The position numbers were made by a program, and so were the translations under genes. 64,000 nt of DNA from Burkholderiales bacterium. Its GTDB lineage: Bacteria > Pseudomonadota > Gammaproteobacteria > Burkholderiales > JAHFRG01. The notes beneath the pieces were generated by a model. That model did no database searches. It was not told where the DNA came from and saw only the letters and a list, made by a program, of their open reading frames with translations. The stretch covers positions 10,528-74,527 of the forward strand of contig DASZZH010000036.1 of assembly GCA_035543335.1 (NCBI GenBank), in the 5' to 3' direction. Below, one piece after another: positions 9,734 through 17,607 of the stretch. Every line of letters starts with the position of its first letter. Positions within the stretch are counted from its first letter, which is position 1.

Positions 9734-11047
9734 ATGGAACCCGTCAATGCTGACCGCTTTATCGACAGCCTGCTGCGCGGCAAGCCGCAGGCGAGCCCGT
9801 CAAGCTGGTTGAACCGGATACGCGCCGAAGCGCTGGAGCGCGCCAATTCGCTTACGCTCCCGACCACGCGCGACGAGGAATGGCGCTTCACCGATCCTTC
9901 ACCGCTCATGAAATTCTCCTTCCAGCCGGCGGGCGGCAGCACCAAGCTTACCCAGTCTGCCATCCAGCAGCGCTTTGTCATTCCCGAGGCCTCTTCCGAC
10001 CGGCTGGTGTTTATCGACGGCGTTTACGCGCCCGAGCTTTCCACTCATGCCGGGCATGGGCATGGAATCCTGATAAGCAATCTGGCACAAGGCGGATCGG
10101 CGCACGGCGCAGTGATGGAAGCGCATCTGGCGCGCCATGCGCGGTTCGAGAACGATGTCTTTTGCGCGCTCAACACCGCCTTTCTCCACGATGGCGCATG
10201 GGTCGTAATCAAAAATAACACGAACTATCCCACGCCAATTCATCTGCTGTTCATCGCCACGCAAAAGGAAACCGTCGCCTATCCGCGCTGCCTGGTGGTG
10301 GCGGAGCAGGGCAGCCGGTGCACCTTGGTTGAAGAATATGTAAGCCTCAATGAGGAAGTTCACTTCACCAATGCGGTGACGGAGATTGTGGTGGGTGAAA
10401 ATGCGCGCATTACGCACACCCGGCTGCAAAACGAAAGCAGAAACAGCTTTCACATCGCACATTGCACGGCGACGCTGGCAAAAGACGCGCATTACGCTTG
10501 CGACACGGTGACTTTGGGTGCGCGGCTTTCGCGTTATAACCTGAACGTCGTGCAGGCGGCCGAAGGCGCGCGCTGCACGCTGGACGGCTTGGCGCTGATT
10601 TCCGGGCGGCAACTCGCCGATACGCACAGCTTTATCGATCACACCCAGCCGCACGGCGCGAGCCGGCAATTGCACAAATGCATCGTCGGCGGCGCGGCGC
10701 ACGCGGTGTTCAACGGCAAAATCATGGTGCGGCCGGGCGCGCAATTAATTGACTCTGCGCAATCGAGCCGCAACCTGCTGCTCTCGGACAAGGCGCATGT
10801 GGACACCAAACCGCAGCTGGAAATCTTCGCCGACGACGTGAAATGCGCCCACGGCGCGACGGTGGGACAGCTTGATGCGGAAGAAGTCTTTTATCTGCGC
10901 AGCCGCGGACTGGACGAGGCGGAGGCGAGAAGTCTTTTGACCTACGCCTTTGCCGCCGAAATCATCGACAAGATTCCTGTTGCTTCCTTGGCGCGGAAGC
11001 TTAAGCAGAAAGTGATGGAACAAACCCAGGTGAGAGAACAGGCATGA
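9734..11047 (+). CDS. sufD: Fe-S cluster assembly protein SufD
   Basis: 437 aa with a SufB/D beta-helix C-terminus (KPQLEIFADDVKCAHGATVGQLDAEEVFYLRSRGL). Position between sufC and sufS. Confidence 0.93.
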   Translation: MEPVNADRFIDSLLRGKPQASPSSWLNRIRAEALERANSLTLPTTRDEEWRFTDPSPLMKFSFQPAGGSTKLTQSAIQQRFVIPEASSDRLVFIDGVYAPELSTHAGHGHGILISNLAQGGSAHGAVMEAHLARHARFENDVFCALNTAFLHDGAWVVIKNNTNYPTPIHLLFIATQKETVAYPRCLVVAEQGSRCTLVEEYVSLNEEVHFTNAVTEIVVGENARITHTRLQNESRNSFHIAHCTATLAKDAHYACDTVTLGARLSRYNLNVVQAAEGARCTLDGLALISGRQLADTHSFIDHTQPHGASRQLHKCIVGGAAHAVFNGKIMVRPGAQLIDSAQSSRNLLLSDKAHVDTKPQLEIFADDVKCAHGATVGQLDAEEVFYLRSRGLDEAEARSLLTYAFAAEIIDKIPVASLARKLKQKVMEQTQVREQA

Positions 11048-12306
11048 ATAAGGCAAGCATGGTACGCAACGAAAAACCGAAAGCGCCCGCGCTGGATGTC
11101 GCGCGTGTTCGCGCCGATTTTCCGATTCTGGCCCGCAGTATCAACGGCAAGCCGTTGGTATATTTGGACAATGCCGCAAGCAGCCAGATGCCGCAACCGG
11201 TGATCGACCGGCTGGTGCGTTATCAGACCCGGGAGCACGCCAACATCCACCGCGCCGTGCACACCTTGAGCGAGCACGCCACCGCCGAATACGAGGAAGC
11301 GCGGCGCAAGGCACAGCGCTTTATCAACGCCGGGGACGAGCACGAAATCATTTTCACCCGCGGCACCACCGAAGGCATCAATCTGGTGATGCACGGCTAC
11401 GGCCGCGCCTTCATCAAGGCCGGCGATGAAATCATCATCTCCGGATTGGAGCACCATTCCAACATCGTGCCATGGCAGATGCTGTGCCAGGAAAAAGGCG
11501 CGAAATTGCGTGTGGCGCCCATCAACGACGCCGGCGAAATCCTGCTCGATGAATATGAAAAGCTTTTCAACGAGCGCACCAAATTCGTCGCGCTTTCGCA
11601 TGTCTCGAATGCGCTGGGGACGGTGAATCCGGTGCACGAGATGATTGCGACCGCGCATAAATGGCGCGCGCCGGTGCTGCTCGACGGTGCGCAGGCGGCG
11701 CCGCATTTGCCGCTCGACGTGCAGGCGCTAGATTGCGATTTTTACGCCTTTTCCGGCCACAAGATTTGCGGGCCGACCGGCATCGGCGTGCTCTACGGCA
11801 AGCGCGCGCTCCTGGAAAAAATGCAGCCGTTCCAGGGCGGTGGCGACATGATTCTCAGTGTCACTTTCGAGAAGACGACGTACAACACCATTCCCTACAA
11901 ATTCGAGGCGGGCACGCCGCCGATTGCGGCCGCCATCGGCCTGGGCACGGCGATCGATTATTTGATAGGTATCGGTTTTGAGCGCATCGCAGCGCATGAA
12001 CACGAATTGTTGGATTACGCCACCGGGCAAGTCAGCGCCATTAAAGGCGTGAAAATTATCGGCACGGCCAGGCACAAAGCCGCGGTGCTGTCCTTCCTAA
12101 TTGACGGCGTGCACCCGCACGACGCGGGTACGGTATTGAACGAGGACGGCATCGCGATTCGCACCGGCCATCACTGCGCGCAGCCGGTGATGCGGCGCTT
12201 TGGCGTGCCGGCCACCGCGCGCGCCTCGTTCGCCTTTTACAACACGCTTGAAGAAGTCGACGCGCTGGTGGAGGGCATCAAGAAAGTTCAGAGGATGTTC
12301 AGCTGA
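11044..12306 (+). CDS. sufS: class II cysteine desulfurase SufS
   Basis: 420 aa with YLDNAASSQ, FSGHKICGPTGIG (PLP Lys) and RTGHHCAQP (catalytic Cys). 4-nt overlap with sufD. Confidence 0.96.
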   Translation: MNKASMVRNEKPKAPALDVARVRADFPILARSINGKPLVYLDNAASSQMPQPVIDRLVRYQTREHANIHRAVHTLSEHATAEYEEARRKAQRFINAGDEHEIIFTRGTTEGINLVMHGYGRAFIKAGDEIIISGLEHHSNIVPWQMLCQEKGAKLRVAPINDAGEILLDEYEKLFNERTKFVALSHVSNALGTVNPVHEMIATAHKWRAPVLLDGAQAAPHLPLDVQALDCDFYAFSGHKICGPTGIGVLYGKRALLEKMQPFQGGGDMILSVTFEKTTYNTIPYKFEAGTPPIAAAIGLGTAIDYLIGIGFERIAAHEHELLDYATGQVSAIKGVKIIGTARHKAAVLSFLIDGVHPHDAGTVLNEDGIAIRTGHHCAQPVMRRFGVPATARASFAFYNTLEEVDALVEGIKKVQRMFS

Positions 12307-12794
12307 TGAGCGATATGAAGCAGTTATACCAGGAAGTCATCCTGGACCATAACAAGAAACCGCGCAATTTCGGCGCGCTGGAAAACGCCAGCCACAAGGC
12401 GGAAGGCTTGAATCCGCTGTGTGGCGACCATATATTTCTTGCGCTGCGCGTGGAAAACCAACGCGTGGAGGCGATTGTCTTCAATGGCGAAGGCTGCGCG
12501 ATCTGCAAGGCTTCGGCCTCAATGATGACAACCAACGTGAAAGGCAAGACGGTGCAGGAAGCGGAGACGCTGGCGCAGGAATTCCGCGACATGGCGACCG
12601 GTAAACTGGATACGCAGAGAGAGCCCAATCATCTGGGACGCTTGAGCGTCTTTGGCGGCGTGAAGGATCTGCCCTCGAGAGTAAAATGCGCCATCCTGCC
12701 GTGGCATACACTGCACGCGGCGTTCCATTCGCAGGCGATTGCCACCACGGAAAACGAGGAAGAGCCGATGAAAGCCGCCGGCGTGACAATATAG
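12306..12794 (+). CDS. sufU: SUF-system sulfur-transfer/scaffold protein SufU (NifU/IscU-like)
   Basis: LYQEVILDHNKKPRNFG, NPLCGDHI, GEGCAICKASASMMT and RVKCAILPW are SufU-type ligands. The ATG overlaps the sufS TGA. Confidence 0.85.
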   Translation: MSDMKQLYQEVILDHNKKPRNFGALENASHKAEGLNPLCGDHIFLALRVENQRVEAIVFNGEGCAICKASASMMTTNVKGKTVQEAETLAQEFRDMATGKLDTQREPNHLGRLSVFGGVKDLPSRVKCAILPWHTLHAAFHSQAIATTENEEEPMKAAGVTI

Positions 12795-12802
12795 ATGAAT
12801 AG

Positions 12803-12898
12803 ACAGGATTCACAGGATTATTCAGGATTCACAGGATTAAACCTAACGCTTTGTCCTGTTAATCTTTTGAAATCTTGTTAATCCTATCCATTTTTTTT
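12803..12898 (+). repeat. tandem CAGGATT repeats plus inverted partner forming a long hairpin, followed by T8 (possible intrinsic terminator/attenuator)
   Basis: 12803-12840 is aCAGGATTcaCAGGATTattCAGGATTcaCAGGATTaa. 12851-12887 is its imperfect reverse complement (ttgTCCTGttAATCttttgaAATCttgttAATCCTat). The inner stem gattcacagga/tcctgttaatc pairs at 10 of 11 positions. The run TTTTTTTT is at 12891-12898. Confidence 0.6.
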
Positions 12899-12911
12899 AA
12901 AGAGATTCGCC

Positions 12912-13472
12912 ATGGCCAAGATTGCAGACATCGAGAGCACGCCCAATCCCAATGCGATGAAATTCATCCTCAAGGAGCCGCTGACCTATGGCGTCACGCG
13001 CTCTTATGACAGCGCGGCGCATGCCAAGGATGATCCGCTGGCGTCCGATCTGTTCATGATCCCGCATGTGACCAACGTGTTTTATGTGGACCATTGGGTT
13101 ACCGTAACCCAGGATGGCCAGGCCAACTGGCAGGAGTTGCTGAAGCAGCTGGCAGTGCCGATCCGCGCGGCGAACGCCGATACCCTGTTGCAGGCGCAGG
13201 CCGCGCCTGCTGAGAATGAAGCGGGCGTGGCCATGAGCATCGAGGACACGCTGCGGCTGGCGCAAATCAATGAAATTCTCGACGAGCAAATCCGCTCTTA
13301 TCTGCAGGGCGACGGCGGCGATTTGAAAGTACTCAAGCTCGAAGGCAACACGCTTACCATCCACTACCAGGGCGCGTGCGGCAGCTGCCCAAGTTCAATT
13401 GCGGGCACGCTTTCGGCGGTGGAAAATTTGCTGCGCACGATTGAACCCGACATCCAGCTCGTGGCGGTCTGA
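12912..13472 (+). CDS. Nfu-type Fe-S carrier (Nfu N-terminal domain plus NifU C-terminal CxxC domain)
   Basis: IESTPNPNAMKF N-domain, and C-domain IRSYLQGDGGDL...HYQGACGSCPSS. Confidence 0.88.
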   Translation: MAKIADIESTPNPNAMKFILKEPLTYGVTRSYDSAAHAKDDPLASDLFMIPHVTNVFYVDHWVTVTQDGQANWQELLKQLAVPIRAANADTLLQAQAAPAENEAGVAMSIEDTLRLAQINEILDEQIRSYLQGDGGDLKVLKLEGNTLTIHYQGACGSCPSSIAGTLSAVENLLRTIEPDIQLVAV

Positions 13473-13792
13473 TGGCGGAATGGGTGACGGTGGCGCGGGT
13501 GGAGGCACTGCCGCCCGGGGAGTGGCGCGTGGTGGATGTGGAGGGCACGCGCATCGCGGTTTTCAACCTCAACGGCAAATATTTCGCGATTGAAGACGTG
13601 TGCACTCACGACGGCGGGGTATTGACCGGCGGCACGGTCGAGGGCGAGCAAATCATTTGCCCGCGCCACGGCGCGCGTTTTTCCATCAAAACCGGCGCAG
13701 CATTGAGCGCGCCCGCTTACGAGCCTACAGCGACCTTTCCAGTGAGAGTCGAAGCGGGCGAAGTGCAAGTCAAAGACGAGCGCTGGGATTGA
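13472..13792 (+). CDS. Rieske [2Fe-2S] ferredoxin-like protein
   Basis: CTHDGG...(17 aa)...CPRHGARF Rieske ligand boxes. The ATG overlaps the nfu TGA. Confidence 0.88.
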   Translation: MAEWVTVARVEALPPGEWRVVDVEGTRIAVFNLNGKYFAIEDVCTHDGGVLTGGTVEGEQIICPRHGARFSIKTGAALSAPAYEPTATFPVRVEAGEVQVKDERWD

Positions 13793-13813
13793 GAAGTGAT
13801 GCGGTGAATTAAG

Positions 13814-13933
13814 ATGGGAAATGAATATCTGGACATCCTGACCCTGCGCAGGGAAAACGCCCGGCGCCTGGCGGAGACGCTGAGCAAAATGCAATCTGTG
13901 CTGGAGTTCCGCATTTCGCCCACCGGGAATTAA
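13814..13933 (+). CDS. possible 39-aa small ORF (MGNEYLDILTLRRENARRLAETLSKMQSVLEFRISPTGN)
   Basis: ATG 21 nt after the Rieske gene stop, on the same strand, predicted amphipathic helix. No recognisable family and no strong RBS. Its stop abuts a solo MITE terminus. Confidence 0.2.
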   Translation: MGNEYLDILTLRRENARRLAETLSKMQSVLEFRISPTGN

Positions 13934-14028
13934 GGAACCTCTGATGAGATTCCCAAGTTCACGCAAATATATTGTTCAGATTAGTAAAGGCTGCCGCGCC
14001 GGGAGCCTGTCGAGCCGTTCCGCCTCGT

Positions 14029-14068
14029 GAATAAACGGCGGCGGCGGTTTGAGCAACCGCCGCCGCTG
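14029..14068 (-). terminator. rho-independent terminator candidate for the 14140-14964 gene
   Basis: On the minus strand, cagcggcggcggtt-gctca-aaccgccgccgccg forms a 13-14 bp GC stem followed by TTTATTC. Confidence 0.55.
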
Positions 14069-14139
14069 GTGAAACACTCGCTTTTGCGCCGCTTGGATTA
14101 ATCATGCGGCGCAGGTCAATTGTCTTTTGTTCTTAAGTC

Positions 14140-14964
14140 CTAGTCGTCGTCATCACCGTCTTTGTTTTTCTTGTTTTTGTCACGGTTAATCCCGTCCTCA
14201 ATGCCAGTGCCCCGTGTGATGAGCCTGCCGTTGATGTTGATGTTGTCCAGCACGGCGAGGCCGACGCCCTGCGTATCATTGCTCTCGATATCGGTGCCTT
14301 CGTCGAAGAGGATGTCGATGCTATTGATCGTGGCCCCGACGGGAATCGATCCGGCGACGTTGAGCGTGGTGTTGAAGCACTCAGAGCCGCAGGCCGTCAG
14401 CACCGATCGTGTACGCGTCCACTGGTCGGGATCTTGGGGAGCTGGGCTCTGGGGAGCGTTGGCACAGCCGACGAAAAAGGAGCCCATATCGGTGTCGATA
14501 TTGAACCGCGGTGCACCGGCGCCGCAGTGGCCTCCGTTGCGATAGTCGAAGCCCACGTGAAATCCGGCAATCACTGTCATTCCCTTAACGCCCTTGATGA
14601 TTGCTCCAGACGAGGAGCAGTCCGGCGTCGGACCGTTCTTCGAGAGCAACAAGCCGAGATGGGGATCCTGTTGGTTTGCTGGGACCAGTACTGTGGTGAA
14701 GGTTGTATTCGCACCGCCGTTGTCTGGCAAGCCCATGCCGCCCAGCCACGCCGACGTCACGATCCGGCTTCCAGCCGGACTTGGTGCGCATTGTGCGGCC
14801 GTCCCGACGAATGCAAACGGCACTGCTTTGAGGCGGTGGTCATCGTCGGCCAATGCGGTAGCTGGTCCCACGACGCCGAGCGCAACCGTAGCGGCGACCA
14901 AGAAGCTACCGACAACAGTTCTTTGTCCGCTTGATTTCAAACGAAATATCAGATATTCACTCAT
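14140..14964 (-). CDS. secreted Cys-rich hypothetical protein with a KNKKNKDGDDDD tail
   Basis: 274 aa. N-terminal signal-like segment (VVGSFLVAATVALGVVGPATALA|DDD), 8 Cys in the mature part, charged C-terminal tail. No family recognised by eye. Confidence 0.6.
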   Translation of the reverse strand: MSEYLIFRLKSSGQRTVVGSFLVAATVALGVVGPATALADDDHRLKAVPFAFVGTAAQCAPSPAGSRIVTSAWLGGMGLPDNGGANTTFTTVLVPANQQDPHLGLLLSKNGPTPDCSSSGAIIKGVKGMTVIAGFHVGFDYRNGGHCGAGAPRFNIDTDMGSFFVGCANAPQSPAPQDPDQWTRTRSVLTACGSECFNTTLNVAGSIPVGATINSIDILFDEGTDIESNDTQGVGLAVLDNININGRLITRGTGIEDGINRDKNKKNKDGDDDD

Positions 14965-15458
14965 TTTCTCCTCCCCATTATCATTTTGCGGCTAAGCGAG
15001 CCGCACGCGCTTCAACCAGCCAATTTGTCGGTGCAGAATTATTGACAGGGGGCCCTTCTCCGGGGCGCCAGCCCTGCTGACCCTGCGTGCTCCGATGCGT
15101 ACAAGGTTCTGCCTAAAGAGGGTCCAAGTCAAGCAAGTGGCTTTAGGCAAGCTGGCGGATGAGGTATCGGGCATGTCGGATGAGGCCGCTGCTGGAGGCT
15201 CTTCAGCGACCAGCTGCGTAGGAAGCTGTAACATTTTGCTTGATAGCGCCGCTGCTGCACGCTATAGTGGCGTCAAGGAGATGGCATTCCTCCTTATAAC
15301 CGCCGCAAGGCTGATGATGCCTACACCAACACCGAATAAAGGTGGGCGTGTAGGCATTTTCATGTCTGGTTTTCCCCAATGCCTCCAGTTTCTCCCGTTG
15401 CCCGGAATTAAGTAAACGTAGAGTAAATTTCCCGTTGGCACAGGGAAAGGAGATTGAA

Positions 15459-16670
15459 ATGACTGAAACCTGGGCGCTTGCGGCGCTGTGGTTGGGGTTG
15501 GCCTTGATTGCCGTGCTGATGTCGATCTGGTTGCGCATCGCCACCGCATTGTCGGAAATTGTGGTCGGCATCGTTGCCCAGCTTGCTCTCGGCGCGTTTA
15601 TCGGCGCCGCGGCTCTCGGAGCAGACTAGTCGTGGATCAAGTTTCTTTCAGGCACCGGCGCCATTGTTTTGACTTTTCTCGCCGGCGCCGAGCTCGATCC
15701 CGTAGTATTCAAGCGCAAATTGAAGGAAGCGTCCGCAGTCGGGCTGGTAAGCTTTCTCGTGCCTTTTCTCGGTTGTGCCGCAGCGGCCTATTATCTGCTG
15801 CACTGGGATGTTCAGGCGAGCTGGCTTGCCGGAGTGGCGCTCTCCACCACCTCAGTCGCGGTAGTGTACGCGGTGATGCTGGAATTCGGCTTTAATAAAA
15901 CCGATTACGGCAAGACCGTGCTCGCGGCGTGCTTTGTCACCGATCTGGGAACGGTACTGGCGCTGGGCTTCATCTTTGCTCCTTTCACCTTTAAAACCCT
16001 CATCTTTTTCGGTGTAACTGTCGTTGTTATGGCGATACTGCCTCGGCTTACTCCTCGTCTTTTCAAACGCTACGGCGAAAGACCGTCGGAGCTGGAAGCA
16101 AAATTCCTGCTGCTTTGTCTTTTCGGCCTGGGCGCGCTCGCCGCCTGGGCGGACAGCGAGGCGGTGCTGCCGGCCTATGTAATCGGCATGGTGCTGGCGG
16201 GGACGGTGGGCAAGGACCACGCTTTGATCCGGCGGTTGCGTACCTTGACTTTCGGCTTGTTTACGCCGTTTTATTTCATCCGTGCCGGCTCTTTCGTCTC
16301 AGTGCCCGCATTGCTTGCCGCGCCGGCTGCGTTTATCATTTTGCTGTTGGCAAAGATGGCGACCAAATTTGCCGGCGTCTATCCCGTCACCAAATTTTAC
16401 GGCTCACCGAGGACCGAGGCCATGTACACGACGCTGTTAATGTCCACCGGGCTTACTTTCGGCAGCATTTCGGCTTTGTTCGGGCTTTCTCACCACATCA
16501 TCGATCAGGCCCAGTACTCCCTGCTGGTGGTCACCGTCATCGGCAGCGCGGTAGTGCCCACGCTCATCGCCAACGCTTTCTTCCTGCCGCGCCACTTGCT
16601 GAAAAAAGCGCCCGAGGAAGAGAGGCGGGCAGCCGGACAGGAAATCCCGCAGCTCGCCGACCCGAAATAG
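15459..16670 (+). pseudogene. CPA2-type cation:proton antiporter interrupted by an in-frame TAG at 15627-15629
   Basis: ORFs 15435..15629 and 15669..16670 are in the same frame. Reading through gives ...GAFIGAAALGAD*SWIKFLSGTGAIVLTFLAGAELDPVVFKRK..., one continuous Na+/H+-exchanger TM pattern. AAGGAG lies 6 nt before ATG 15459. Confidence 0.75.
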
Positions 16671-16683
16671 AGGGAGGACAATC

Positions 16684-17100
16684 ATGATCAAGCGCATCCT
16701 GATGGCTTATGACGGCTCGGCGCCCGCAGACAAGGCATATGCTTTTGCCATGGATCTCGCCAAGAAGTACGGAGCCGAACTCATCGTGTTGGCGGTTTCC
16801 CGCCCACCGGATTTTGCCGATGACGTGGAAATGGAAGCGGTTCTGGAGAATTCCACCAAGCATTACGAGAACTTGCTGTCAAATCTGAAACCGCAGGCTG
16901 CAGCGCAGGGCATCAATGCAAGATTCGAAATAGTGGTGGGGCACCCTGCGGAGCAAATTTTGTACTATGCCGAACAAAACGAAGCCGATCACATTGTCAT
17001 GGGACATCGCGGCAAGACGTTTTTCCAGCGTTGGCGGCTGGGCTCGGTGTCAAAGCAGGTAATTCATTACGCGCTTTGCGCCGTAACTGTCATTCGCTGA
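16684..17100 (+). CDS. universal stress protein (UspA family)
   Basis: 138 aa with IKRILMAYDGS...ADHIVMGHRGKTFFQRWRLGSVSKQVIHYALCAVTVI. RBS GGAGG. Confidence 0.88.
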   Translation: MIKRILMAYDGSAPADKAYAFAMDLAKKYGAELIVLAVSRPPDFADDVEMEAVLENSTKHYENLLSNLKPQAAAQGINARFEIVVGHPAEQILYYAEQNEADHIVMGHRGKTFFQRWRLGSVSKQVIHYALCAVTVIR

Positions 17101-17121
17101 ATCGGCCGAAAAGCCGCAAGA

Positions 17122-17607
17122 ATGATTAAAATCGTTTCCGGCGGCCAGACTGGCGTGGACCGCGCCGCGCTGGATGCGGCACTTGAGCTCGGTATCCCCT
17201 GCGGCGGCTGGTGCCCCGAGGGCCGGCTGGCCGAAGACGGCCGCATCCCCGAGCGTTACCCGCTTAAAGAGCTTGCGGGTGGAGGTTATGCCGAGCGCAC
17301 GCTGCAGAACGTGATTGACAGCGACGGCACGGTGATCATTAACTTCGGTGAATTGCAGGGAGGAACCGAGCAGACTTTGTTGTTCTGTGTCGAACGGGCG
17401 AAGCCGCACGAACTGATAAACGCGGAAAAGGTTTCCGCGTCAAAGGCGGCACGGTTGATCCGCGCGTTCGTTACAAAACACCGCGTCAAAACCCTCAACA
17501 TCGCTGGGCCGCGGCACAGCAAGGAAGCGCGCGCCTACGGCTACGCTTATAGTGCGCTACAGCTTTTTCTGCGGGATGGGGTCGCCGGCGTCACGCGAAC
17601 AGATTAG
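17122..17607 (+). CDS. SLOG-superfamily 'putative molybdenum carrier'/YpsA-like protein
   Basis: IVSGGQTGVDRAALDAALELGIPCGGWCPEGRLAEDGRIPERYPL matches the family signature as I recall it (GGQTGxDRAALD...GGWCPKGR). Confidence 0.7.
   Translation: MIKIVSGGQTGVDRAALDAALELGIPCGGWCPEGRLAEDGRIPERYPLKELAGGGYAERTLQNVIDSDGTVIINFGELQGGTEQTLLFCVERAKPHELINAEKVSASKAARLIRAFVTKHRVKTLNIAGPRHSKEARAYGYAYSALQLFLRDGVAGVTRTD

Noticed and set aside
8875-9981. Long antisense ORFs opposite real genes. Examples are 566..1240, 1961..3019, 8875..9981, 24201..25193, 35797..36753, 39976..41250, 44190..45191, 50746..51696, 51745..52698, 52701..53699 and 62286..63491.
   Set aside because: They are typical high-GC shadow ORFs with Arg/Ala/Gly/His-rich low-complexity translations and no motifs. 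Each fully overlaps a gene with strong family signatures on the other strand.
12803-12887. CRISPR-like array suspicion from the iterated CAGGATT words
   Set aside because: The units are only 7-9 nt with 2-3 nt between them, there are no spacers of unique sequence, and no cas genes are in the window. It is a simple tandem/inverted repeat.
15317-15360. Hairpin atgcctacac...gtgtaggcat followed by TTTT upstream of the antiporter gene (orphan terminator or attenuator?)
   Set aside because: The loop is about 21 nt, the U-tract is only four residues interrupted by C, and no upstream gene ends here. The evidence is too weak to call.
14992-15571. ORFs in the 470-bp spacer between the secreted orphan and the antiporter (14992..15234 -, 15095..15415 +, 15203..15571 -)
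   Set aside because: They overlap one another in different frames, have no RBS and no recognisable motifs, and have non-protein-like composition. The region is treated as non-coding.
15627-15629. Programmed recoding (pyrrolysine or suppression) of the in-frame TAG in the antiporter
   Set aside because: No pyl genes or recoding signals are visible in the window, and pyrrolysine is not expected in this lineage. A nonsense mutation or base-call error is far more parsimonious.
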